Assembly (NCBI GenBank): GCA_035544015.1
Contig: DATKIP010000076.1
Span: 299 to 64,298, forward strand
Direction: 5' to 3'
Source: Candidatus Saccharimonadia bacterium
GTDB taxonomy: Bacteria; Patescibacteriota; Saccharimonadia; UBA4664
Length of the DNA stretch: 64,000 nt
The stretch's first letter is position 1, and every line of letters starts with the position of its first letter. Both the position numbers and the translations under genes were made by a program. The notes below the pieces were generated by a model. The model worked only from the letters and a program-made list of their open reading frames with translations. It did not search any database and was not told the DNA's origin. Shown one piece after another: positions 9,517 to 18,162 of the stretch.

Positions 9517-10923
9517 TCATGGGTTATACAGCTGCTCGCGCCAATTTAAAATCGAATAATTCCCCGTGGTTGGATATTGCGGCGGAGGAGCATAAATAAG
9601 GTTCGAGTCGAAATTTGTCGCTGTGGTGCCCCAGCCCGAAACCAGCGTCCCCGACCCATTCACATACCCCCACGTCCAAAACAAGAACGTCGCAATCGCA
9701 CCATAAAACGTCAACGTACCCGTTTTAGCCGCGGCGTTCCCGGTAGAATAGACATGCCCGTTTTGAGCCAGCAAAGCCGCGTCGATCTCCACCGCGTTCG
9801 GAGCATAATCCGACACGATCACGTCGGCTTGGGCGATCAATCCAATTGCCGCCGAGCCGTCTTTGGCCGCATACGTCAGATTGCTCGTGATGTTGACGCT
9901 GCGCGCAGTCCCACCCAGCGTGGCTGCCACAATCGTGATGCGGCCCGGAAAACTCGTGCCGCTCACCCACACGTTATCATCCACGAACAACACGCCGTTG
10001 GCCGGCGCCGCGAGGTCGCTGAAGCAGTTCGACGTGGTGATACCCGTGGCGCGCGACCCGCTAAAGGTCTCGTTGGTGACTTTGCAGCGGTCGTATTTGC
10101 CGTTGCTTTTGAGCGTAATCGAATAACCCTTCGAACCACTGCCGGCCGTGTACGTGCCGCCGCTCTGAGCGCTCGCCTTCATGGTGGTGAGGTTGGCCGA
10201 CACTTGGGCAAAGTTCACCACACTCACCGGGTCCGTGCAATTCGGCGGCGTAGCGTTAAAGGGCGCTACCTCCACCGGCTTCCATTGGCTGCTCGGGCCG
10301 CCGGAGCCCCACACCCCGCAGTGGAAGGTGGTCCCATTGCCGCCGAATTGCGAGGTCGGTTTGTAGGTTTTTTGGCCGGCCGAGACAGTCCCGTTATTGA
10401 CCCCATCCATGTGCACGCCCACATTCGACATCACCGGCCCATTTGACGCTTCCGAGGAGCCAAACCACACCTCCGATTGCGACAGCAAGCCATAATTAGC
10501 AAACGACGGCTGCCCCAGCTGAGCCAAAATCGTGCGCGTCCCCGAAAAGTGCGGCACCTGCCCGATCGACTTCACGGTCGTAATCGTCGAACCCCCGCTC
10601 GGCGGCGTGATGTAGAGCGTGTAGCTGCCGAGCAGGTTGCCATCGGTGTCGTAGGAGTTGTGCACGTACGGCCCATACGGCGCCGTACTCGGCGTGGTGC
10701 CGCCATCCTTGTAATCCGTCGGGTTGTGCGCCAAATGCCACAAGTAGTAATTAACCCCCGCCTCCGCCACGTTCATTGCCTCGGCGCTACGGCCCTCGTA
10801 CTGATTAAACCGCGCGTTGCTGATCAACAGTTGCGCGCCCACCATCCCCAAAAACGACAGCAAAAAGGCCATAATCAAAACCGTGAGCATGATGAACCCA
10901 GATTGAGTGGTGCGCTGATTCAT
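9517..10923 (-). CDS. PilX-like minor pilin / pilus tip protein
   Basis: SGF plus hydrophobic N-terminus, AEAGV motif, beta-rich C-terminus ending WRE. Confidence 0.75.
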   Translation of the reverse strand: MNQRTTQSGFIMLTVLIMAFLLSFLGMVGAQLLISNARFNQYEGRSAEAMNVAEAGVNYYLWHLAHNPTDYKDGGTTPSTAPYGPYVHNSYDTDGNLLGSYTLYITPPSGGSTITTVKSIGQVPHFSGTRTILAQLGQPSFANYGLLSQSEVWFGSSEASNGPVMSNVGVHMDGVNNGTVSAGQKTYKPTSQFGGNGTTFHCGVWGSGGPSSQWKPVEVAPFNATPPNCTDPVSVVNFAQVSANLTTMKASAQSGGTYTAGSGSKGYSITLKSNGKYDRCKVTNETFSGSRATGITTSNCFSDLAAPANGVLFVDDNVWVSGTSFPGRITIVAATLGGTARSVNITSNLTYAAKDGSAAIGLIAQADVIVSDYAPNAVEIDAALLAQNGHVYSTGNAAAKTGTLTFYGAIATFLFWTWGYVNGSGTLVSGWGTTATNFDSNLIYAPPPQYPTTGNYSILNWREQLYNP

Positions 10924-11513
10924 AGATTCGTCTTAAAATTACGCAATGTTACACGCGTCGTTAGCGACACCGGTACACTCAGCTGCTTGGCTTTGGGGTT
11001 GGCCGCCACATAAATCCCGATCGCCCGCACCTGGCTCGTCGCAAAGCCCGGGGAAAGCACGTTGCCGGCATCATCGTAATACGTAAACATGGTATTGGAC
11101 CCCATCGCCAAATCCACGCGCGTAATCGTCGGCTTCTCGGGATTGTTGTTGTAGGTGGCCGGGATCGCCGCGCTATCCGGGTCGGTGACGCCGATCACCA
11201 GGTTGTTGCCGCTGATGTAGTAGCGAATCTTCTTGATCACCGTGTCGGCCGGCGAGAAATAGCCGTAAACCGTAACCGTATTGGGCTGAGCACTGAGCAC
11301 CCCGGTCGTCCCCCGGAGCACCTTGCCGATCCGCGCCGACAGCGTCGAGAGCTCGGTCGAGGTGTCCGATTGAGCCTGCAAAAACGCATACGACGTCAGC
11401 CCCTTGTAGCTAAACATCACGAGCGGCACCGCGATCATCGCCGTCAGCGTCATCACCACGAGCAATTCAATGAGGCTGTACCCCCCCTGATCGAGCCGTT
11501 TACGGAGTAACAT
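10920..11513 (-). CDS. prepilin-type minor pilin (PilW-like)
   Basis: GYSLIELLVVM N-methylation motif; ends VTLRN. Confidence 0.85.
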   Translation of the reverse strand: MLLRKRLDQGGYSLIELLVVMTLTAMIAVPLVMFSYKGLTSYAFLQAQSDTSTELSTLSARIGKVLRGTTGVLSAQPNTVTVYGYFSPADTVIKKIRYYISGNNLVIGVTDPDSAAIPATYNNNPEKPTITRVDLAMGSNTMFTYYDDAGNVLSPGFATSQVRAIGIYVAANPKAKQLSVPVSLTTRVTLRNFKTNL

Positions 11514-12879
11514 TCAAGCCTCCTGTCTGTGTCGCCGTATTCCCGCTGTTCGTCACCGCAAGGTCCCATGCACCGGTTGCCGCTCCCGTGAGACTCACAT
11601 TGCAAGTGATGATCGTGTTGCCCACGCTCGAAGCGCAGCCGGTAGCCGCAATGTCCGATTGACCGGCCTTCTTGAGCTTTACGCTCGTGCCGGTCGGAAC
11701 GTTGGCCCCAGTAATTTTGAGCGAAAAGGTGCTCGTGCCGGTCTGTTGCGTCAGCGGCGTCGCTTGGCTGATGCGCGGATACGAGCTGGAGGTGCTCACC
11801 ACCAGATTGGCCGTCGACGACGAATTCGCTCCCAGCGCCAGGGGCGCATAGGGCGACACCGTGACCACGTAATACCCCGTCGGAACCGCAAAATTATAAC
11901 CCGTCAGATCAAATTCCATCCCGCTGAGCGTGATATCGCCGGTCGCGTTGGTGGCCGTAGCCTGCGAATATTTGTACACTGTGGGGCTCTGCTTAATCGG
12001 TTTGGTGCCCGAAGTCGTGACGCTCAGAGCATTCATCGGATTGCCGCTCGTATCCGTCACATGCACGTAAAAGGTCGAGAGCCGATCGATCGTCAGCGTA
12101 ATCGGATTAATTTGTTGTGCCAAAACATTCATATTGAGCTTCACCGCCGTCTGCGCGCCCGGCGGCTCCGGAATCGTACCGTCCGTCGAGTAACCCGGCA
12201 GGCTGGCCGTAATTTGATAATTGTTGTTCGAGTCCGGCGGCAGTTTCGGAATCACCACTACGCCCAAATTATCGGTCGTGGTAGCAATATTCACATCCGG
12301 GTTGGGCACCGTATTCACGATCGTCACGTTCGCGTTCGGCACCGGCTGGCCGTTCGCATCGAGCACCGTGATGCTCAAAATACCCGTGTTCGACGACGTC
12401 TCGGCCGCTTTGCCCGCAATATCCGTCGACAGCGTCGAAACCACCTTGCCGCTCGACACCAGCTTCACCGTTATTTGCGCCTTTTTATAATCATACGGAT
12501 ACAAATCCTTGGGTTTGCCCGCCGCCGGCCCGCTCCCGCACGGGCACGAAATAAACCCGTCATACGGATCGTCCACAAAATTGAGGTCGGTGTGGACGCT
12601 GAATTTAAAATTGCCCCGCGTCACCGTTTCGTTGTCGAGGATATTGCCCGGCGGATAAATCGTCCCGCTCTGCGTCGCCAATGAATCGTACGGTAGGTCA
12701 CGCAGCGTCTCCATTTTCTCATTGGCCAGCGCCACCCCGATAGCTCGCGACTTACCAAGCACAACCGTGTTGATATTCGAGATATACAGCTCGCCAATAG
12801 CCGCCACCATCAGCGCCATAATCACAGCCCCAAACACTACTTCGACCAGCGTAAACCCACCTTCGTTTGCGCGCTTCAT
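11500..12879 (-). CDS. prepilin-type minor pilin (PilV-like) with C-terminal Ig/carboxypeptidase-regulatory-like domains
   Basis: Probable start MKRANEGGFTLVEV at 12879; LDANGQPVPNANV beta-sandwich repeats. Confidence 0.8.
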   Translation of the reverse strand: MKRANEGGFTLVEVVFGAVIMALMVAAIGELYISNINTVVLGKSRAIGVALANEKMETLRDLPYDSLATQSGTIYPPGNILDNETVTRGNFKFSVHTDLNFVDDPYDGFISCPCGSGPAAGKPKDLYPYDYKKAQITVKLVSSGKVVSTLSTDIAGKAAETSSNTGILSITVLDANGQPVPNANVTIVNTVPNPDVNIATTTDNLGVVVIPKLPPDSNNNYQITASLPGYSTDGTIPEPPGAQTAVKLNMNVLAQQINPITLTIDRLSTFYVHVTDTSGNPMNALSVTTSGTKPIKQSPTVYKYSQATATNATGDITLSGMEFDLTGYNFAVPTGYYVVTVSPYAPLALGANSSSTANLVVSTSSSYPRISQATPLTQQTGTSTFSLKITGANVPTGTSVKLKKAGQSDIAATGCASSVGNTIITCNVSLTGAATGAWDLAVTNSGNTATQTGGLNVTP

Positions 12880-12935
12880 GTCCCCATTATAACGCTTATG
12901 CTGAAGAAAGCACCGCGGCCTTCGCTCGGGCAATA

Positions 12936-12960
12936 CCAAAACCGACCCCGTAGGGTCGGT
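12936..12960 (-). terminator. intrinsic terminator after major pilin
   Basis: ACCGACCC/GGGTCGGT stem followed by a T run on the minus strand. Confidence 0.7.
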
Positions 12961-12982
12961 CTCAGAAATTTGCGGCAGGGGA

Positions 12983-13447
12983 CTAGTTGCCGTTGACGAC
13001 TTCGAACTTCTTCGCACTCGCCGATCCGCAACTGCTATCGGTCGATACGCTGGCACCACTGTCCTGGTCATTCTCCAAGCAAGCCTTAAGCGTGTAGGTC
13101 GAGTCCGAGTTGGCCGGGGTGTAGGTGTAGACATACACACCAGTATTCTTCGGGTCGGTGGGCAACGTCTTAACGATGGGTGCGGTACCACTGCTCAATT
13201 CCGAAAGAACAGTGCCCGAGCCTACGGCTCCACTACTAGCGGGGTACACATTATTATTAACAAAATATTCTTCCAGACCTTTGCGCAAAGTCGTAATGTC
13301 GGTCTTGCGCTTCGTGTCGCGGGCCTTCTTGGGCGCGGACGTAATATTCGGGATGATCAACAACGCCAAGATGCCAATGATCACAATCACGATCAAAAGC
13401 TCGAGGAGGGTAAATCCGCCCTGTTTCTTTAATGATGCAATGGACAC
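12983..13447 (-). CDS. major type IV pilin (PilA/GspG-like)
   Basis: GFTLLELLIVIVIIGILA, KARDTKRK.DI, LPTDP; strong SD AAGGAGG and own promoter. Confidence 0.9.
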   Translation of the reverse strand: MSIASLKKQGGFTLLELLIVIVIIGILALLIIPNITSAPKKARDTKRKTDITTLRKGLEEYFVNNNVYPASSGAVGSGTVLSELSSGTAPIVKTLPTDPKNTGVYVYTYTPANSDSTYTLKACLENDQDSGASVSTDSSCGSASAKKFEVVNGN

Positions 13448-13504
13448 GAGTGCTCACCTCCTTAAAATTTGTGGACGAATAAAGTCTAGCTCTATTTAGC
13501 CCAA

Positions 13505-13533
13505 ATCATAAAGCGCTTAAGGTTTAATGTCAA
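13505..13533 (-). promoter_or_regulatory. strong sigma70 promoter of major pilin
   Basis: TTGACA-17-TATGAT on the minus strand. Confidence 0.75.
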
Positions 13534-13591
13534 TGACACCCGCAAGGCCAAAGTCCCGCCCCGGCAAGTGCGCCGGAGCGGGACAGGCCTC

Positions 13592-14653
13592 CTAGGAGGC
13601 GAAGACGGACACGTACTGCCGGAAGGCAGCCCGCGAAGCGGTTGCGGTCGAGAGTGGGACCGGGTAGATGCGCCAGTCGTTCGGGTTGTCGGCGGTGGCC
13701 GGATGGTCGAAGTAGTTCACGAGGATCACGTTGTACGCCGGGGCCACGGTGCGCATCCACTCGCCCAGCTGCTGGTCCCACTGGGCCTTGCTGTGGCCGT
13801 TCTGGGCCGCACCCGAGGCCGGCTCGCTGCTGCCGGTCTCCCCGACGATGTACGGCTTGTCGAGCGGAGCTAGCGCCCGAATCGCCGTGATCGTGGCCTG
13901 CCGCACGTTGGTGGGCGTGCGCCAGGAGTACGGGTCGCTCGCGCCGTCCGACGTCGACCGGTTGTAGCCGTCGTCGCCGACGTACTCCGTATTGTCGTTG
14001 CCGGGATAGAAGTTGGCGAACGAGGTTTTGCCGTCCCGAAGAATATTCGGGCACCAGTAGAAGGACAGCCCCGGGAACGCCGTGCGCATGGTGTTGCGAA
14101 TGCGCTGCCACGCCGGCCCGAATTGCGCGGGCGTGTTGTGGTTCGGATTATCGCCCCCGAATGTCCAGGGGTAGAAGGTCCCGTTGGCCTCGTGCAGCGG
14201 CCGCACGATGATCTCGTGGCCGGGGTGGGCTGCTACCCATGTCTTCATCTGGCCGGCGATCCGACTCATGTTCGCGTCTTGGGCGCCGGCGCCGATGTGG
14301 GCCAGCGTGTCCCACGTCTCGATCGTGACGATGTGGTGGTTGATCCACCGCGCCGCCTCGCCGTTGAGCAGAGCCGTGTCGAGGTCCTGGCTCTGACTCA
14401 TGTAGCTGGTGTTCCAGTCGAGACGTGCCACACCCATGGCACTCAGGGTGGCGTCGAGCGAGCCGAGGTTGTCGGCGTCGGTGCCGAGCACGGCCGGCAG
14501 ATACGCCGCCGCCGTGGCCGCCGTGGCCGCCGTGGCCGCCGTGGCGGCAGCCGGAACCGCTGTGGCTGCCAGCACCGCCGGAACGATACCCGCCGCCGCT
14601 AGCGTCGCGGCGACGAGCAGCCGGACAAACCGTCCTTGCCGTAATCCTTGCAT
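13592..14653 (-). CDS. secreted glycoside hydrolase family 26 (beta-mannanase-like)
   Basis: Signal peptide; RPLHEANG acid/base, WCPN, YPG...VGDDGYN, IVGETG nucleophile. Confidence 0.85.
   Translation of the reverse strand: MQGLRQGRFVRLLVAATLAAAGIVPAVLAATAVPAAATAATAATAATAAAYLPAVLGTDADNLGSLDATLSAMGVARLDWNTSYMSQSQDLDTALLNGEAARWINHHIVTIETWDTLAHIGAGAQDANMSRIAGQMKTWVAAHPGHEIIVRPLHEANGTFYPWTFGGDNPNHNTPAQFGPAWQRIRNTMRTAFPGLSFYWCPNILRDGKTSFANFYPGNDNTEYVGDDGYNRSTSDGASDPYSWRTPTNVRQATITAIRALAPLDKPYIVGETGSSEPASGAAQNGHSKAQWDQQLGEWMRTVAPAYNVILVNYFDHPATADNPNDWRIYPVPLSTATASRAAFRQYVSVFAS
14508..14543. repeat. 9-bp tandem repeat x4 (GCCGCCGTG), encoding an Ala-Thr-Ala linker in GH26
   Basis: Four exact copies. 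Confidence 0.9.
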
Positions 14654-14743
14654 GGTATTCCCCCGTCTCGGTGCCAACAGGCACCGTGGTGTGCCTGTTG
14701 GTAGGGCTAAGGGTCAGGAGCCCAGGAGACCAACAGGTAGGTC

Positions 14744-14772
14744 TTTATACCACAATATATTTCCTTGTACAA
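14744..14772 (-). promoter_or_regulatory. promoter of GH26 gene
   Basis: TTGTAC-17-TATAAA with extended TGn. Confidence 0.65.
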
Positions 14773-14784
14773 GGCAAACGGGGC

Positions 14785-16011
14785 TTAGATCGAATTCCCA
14801 ATGCTCGAAATCGGTCCAAATACACTAATCACAATGAATCCCACCATACCCCCCAGCACAATGATCAAAATCGGCTCAATGATCGAGGTAATGCCCGACA
14901 CCACCGTATCCACCTCTTTTTCATAGAATTCCGCCAGCTTCAGCAAAATCGAATCCAGCTGCCCCGTCTCCTCGCCCACGCTCAGCATCTGGCCTACGAT
15001 CGCCGGGAAGTTTTTCGAAGCCCGGATGTGCTCGCTCATCGGCCGGCCGTTTTTCACCTTTTGTGCCACTTCCGCCAGCTCGTCTTGGTACACACTATTG
15101 CCCAGCGCCGTCTTGGTCGCATTAATCGCGTCGAGCACCGAAATCCCCGAGGCCATCAGCGAGCCAAAGGTGCGCGAAAACCGCGCAATGTTGACCTTCA
15201 CGATGATCGGCCCAAAAATCGGCGCCTTCAAAATCAATCGGTCAATCGTGCGCTTGCCCCCCGGCGTCTTGCGCCAGCGAATAAACAGCACCACTGCCGC
15301 CACAAACCCGCCAATCACAAAATACCAGTCGTTTACCAAAAAATGCGAAATCGCCAGCATGATTTTGGTGTAAATCGGCAGCTGTGCCCCCGCGTCTTCA
15401 AAAATGCTCGAAAGCTTCGGCACGATCACCGTCATCAAAAAGAAAAACGCGCTCACCGTGGCCGTCGTAATGACCGCCGGATAAATCATGGCGCTGCGCA
15501 CCTTGCTCACCACCTCGGCGTCTTTTTCTTGCTGCGTCGCCAGCCGGTCGAGCACCTGATCCAAAATACCGCCGGTCTCCCCGGCCTTCACCATGTTCAC
15601 GTAGATCGGATTGAACACCTCCGGGTGTACCGCCAGTGCGCTGGCCAGCGTCGAGCCCCCTTCCACCTGTTTCGACACCTCCGCCACCGTTTTTTTAAGT
15701 TTTTGGCTCTCCGTTTGTTCGCGCAAAATGTTCAGCGATTGCACGATCGGCACGCCGGCGTTAATCATGGTGGCAAACTGGCGGCTGAAGACCACTTTGT
15801 CTTGGAGGCGCACCCCTTTGCCAAGCGATAATCCGCCGGTCAGGAGGCCTTTGAGCCCGGGCCCTTTTTCGCCCGCAGCTTCTTTGACAAGAATCGGCGT
15901 CAGGCCCTTTTCCACCAGGCTGGCCGTAGCTGCTGGGCGGTCCGCCGCAAAGACCGAGCCCTTCGTGATGGCGCCGCTTTTATCCCGCGCGCTGTAGCTA
16001 AATTGCCCCAT
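14785..16011 (-). CDS. pilC: type IV pilus inner-membrane platform protein PilC
   Basis: FSRQFATMINAG, AGETGG.LD, AMIYP, VGEETGQL, IIEP. Confidence 0.96.
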   Translation of the reverse strand: MGQFSYSARDKSGAITKGSVFAADRPAATASLVEKGLTPILVKEAAGEKGPGLKGLLTGGLSLGKGVRLQDKVVFSRQFATMINAGVPIVQSLNILREQTESQKLKKTVAEVSKQVEGGSTLASALAVHPEVFNPIYVNMVKAGETGGILDQVLDRLATQQEKDAEVVSKVRSAMIYPAVITTATVSAFFFLMTVIVPKLSSIFEDAGAQLPIYTKIMLAISHFLVNDWYFVIGGFVAAVVLFIRWRKTPGGKRTIDRLILKAPIFGPIIVKVNIARFSRTFGSLMASGISVLDAINATKTALGNSVYQDELAEVAQKVKNGRPMSEHIRASKNFPAIVGQMLSVGEETGQLDSILLKLAEFYEKEVDTVVSGITSIIEPILIIVLGGMVGFIVISVFGPISSIGNSI

Positions 16012-18026
16012 TATTCGCGCGTTACCCGCAGGATTTCTTCGATCGTCGTTTTGCCCTGCAGCGCCTTTACAAAGCCGTCTTGCTGCATCGTGAGCATGCC
16101 GGCGCGCACCGCCGCCATCTGGATGTCGTCCGAAGTAGCGCGGCCCACGATCATCTTCGACACCGTATCGTCTACCTCGAGCACCTCATAGATGCCCATG
16201 CGCCCCTGATACGCTGCGCCGCCGCATGCCTCGCAGCCGGGGCCAGGCTTAAACAACATAAACTGCCCGGCCTTCAAATCTTTGGGGCTAGCGGCAGGCT
16301 GGGCGGGCTTGGCCGGTTCCGTTGCGGCCGTCGTCGCCACCGCTACCGGCAGCGCCGCCGGCTTGGGCTTGCCCGCATCGGCGGCGCTGCGGTTGATGAT
16401 GTTTGGATCGGCGGCGATTTTATCCAAAATGCTTTTGGCCGTGTCGATGTCGTGCTCGGGGTTGATCACCCGGCCCTTTTTATGCTCTGTCGGCACCATC
16501 ACCTGCGGCACAGGCGCCAGCGGCGCCGCATCGGGGGCAGCCGCGGCTACCAACGGCTTCTCGGGCGCGCCCTTCAGGTCGTTGAAGCGCTTCAGCGCTG
16601 CGTCAAGCGCAAAATCGCGCTTGACGTTCGTCAGCTCCACGCCCTCGGGAATGTACCCGATACGGCACACCTGGCACAGCCGCCGCACCAGCCGCTGCCC
16701 GATCACCGTGTTGACCGTGCTCGCGATCAAAAACGCCTCCAGCCCCATGTCGAGCAAGCGGGGGAGCGTGGTAGCCGCATTATTCGTGTGCAGTGTCGAG
16801 AGCACCACATGCCCCGTCAGCGCCGCCTGCACCGCCAGGTCGGCCGTCTCGCCGTCGCGAATCTCACCCACCATGATGATGTTCGGGTCCTGCCGCAGCA
16901 ACGCGCGCAGTCCCGCCGCAAACGTCATGCCCGTCTTCGGATTCACCTGCGTCTGGTTTACCCCCTGCACCCGGTACTCCACCGGGTCTTCCACCGTGGA
17001 AATATTCACCCCCGGCGTATTGAGCAGGCTCAGTATGGAATACAGCGTGGTCGATTTACCCGATCCCGTCGGCCCCGTCACGAGCGTCATGCCGTGCGGT
17101 TTGTGCAGATTGCGTACGATCGCCTCCAGCGCGTGGCCGGTAAAGCCCAGCTCCTCGAGCGTCAGCGCCCGCGCGCTCTCGTCCAAGATACGCATCACCA
17201 CCTTTTCGCCGTCCATGATCGGCAGCGTGCTCACCCGCAACGCCACCTGCTTGCTGCCCATCGCAAACTTAAACCGCCCGTCTTGCGGCACCCGGTGCTC
17301 ATCTATTTTCAAATTCGCCAAAATCTTAATGCGGCTCACCACCGCGGCCAAAATCGGCTTCGGTAGCGTCATCGTCTCGCGCAGCACCCCATCCACCCGG
17401 TAGCGCACCTGCACAATGTTCTCGCGCGGCTCCAGATGAATATCCGAGGCGCGGCTCTTAATGGCGTACTCCAAAATCACGTTCACCGTCTTGGCGATCG
17501 GCGCGTCCTCAGCCAGGTCCTTGGCCGAAATTTTTTCCTCCGAAGCGCTCGCGTCCGCCGAAGAATCCTTGATAGCCTTGGTAATCTCGTTCGAAATGTT
17601 GCCTTTGTACTGATCGATCGCTGCCAAAATATCCGCGGCCGTCGCGATGTAGGTCTTGAGCTTGCCACCCACCTGCTTCGTGATGAAGTCTGCCGCCTGA
17701 AAGTCTTCCGGGTCGGCCATCGCCAGCTGCAGCGCATCCTCTTCGGCGCCAAACAGCACCACCTGGTACTTGCGCGCAATCCGCTCCGGAATCTTCAGCA
17801 GCTGCTCTCGCGGAATCTTGATCTCCGATAGTTCCACAAACGGCACATCGATACTCTTGGCGTACAGCTTCACCAGGTCTTTATCGCTGATGAGCTTCTT
17901 TTTGAGCACCGCCGTCTGCAGCGATTCACTCCCTTCGCTCTTGGGCATCGCATCTTCAATCACCTCCGGCTTCACTAAACCAGAGTCGAGCAACAACTTT
18001 TTGAGCTCACCGTCAGATATGCGCAT
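16011..18026 (-). CDS. pilB: type IV pilus assembly ATPase PilB (GspE family)
   Basis: ASDIHLEP, PQDGR, GPTGSGKSTTLY, LRQDP, GEIRD, TLHTN. Confidence 0.96.
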   Translation of the reverse strand: MRISDGELKKLLLDSGLVKPEVIEDAMPKSEGSESLQTAVLKKKLISDKDLVKLYAKSIDVPFVELSEIKIPREQLLKIPERIARKYQVVLFGAEEDALQLAMADPEDFQAADFITKQVGGKLKTYIATAADILAAIDQYKGNISNEITKAIKDSSADASASEEKISAKDLAEDAPIAKTVNVILEYAIKSRASDIHLEPRENIVQVRYRVDGVLRETMTLPKPILAAVVSRIKILANLKIDEHRVPQDGRFKFAMGSKQVALRVSTLPIMDGEKVVMRILDESARALTLEELGFTGHALEAIVRNLHKPHGMTLVTGPTGSGKSTTLYSILSLLNTPGVNISTVEDPVEYRVQGVNQTQVNPKTGMTFAAGLRALLRQDPNIIMVGEIRDGETADLAVQAALTGHVVLSTLHTNNAATTLPRLLDMGLEAFLIASTVNTVIGQRLVRRLCQVCRIGYIPEGVELTNVKRDFALDAALKRFNDLKGAPEKPLVAAAAPDAAPLAPVPQVMVPTEHKKGRVINPEHDIDTAKSILDKIAADPNIINRSAADAGKPKPAALPVAVATTAATEPAKPAQPAASPKDLKAGQFMLFKPGPGCEACGGAAYQGRMGIYEVLEVDDTVSKMIVGRATSDDIQMAAVRAGMLTMQQDGFVKALQGKTTIEEILRVTRE

Positions 18027-18162
18027 AATATACCCCTATTTTAGCATAACCGTAATAACGCAAGGCTCGTAAAAAGCCCGTGCTTGCTCTACGGCTTTTG
18101 TTCGCTTATTCTTCAGGAGGTTCTCAGGAGGGTGCACAACATAACTAAGGGGAGTGCTCACT

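Noticed and set aside
12880-13191. N-terminal extension of the 563-aa ORF 11500..13191
   Set aside because: It overlaps the pilin gene and its terminator; the prepilin motif and a TATAAT box point to a start at 12879.
13447-18161. GAGTGCTCAC 10-mer next to the start codons of the major pilin and lamin-tail genes
   Set aside because: Only two copies, in opposite orientation relative to their genes; compatible with chance.
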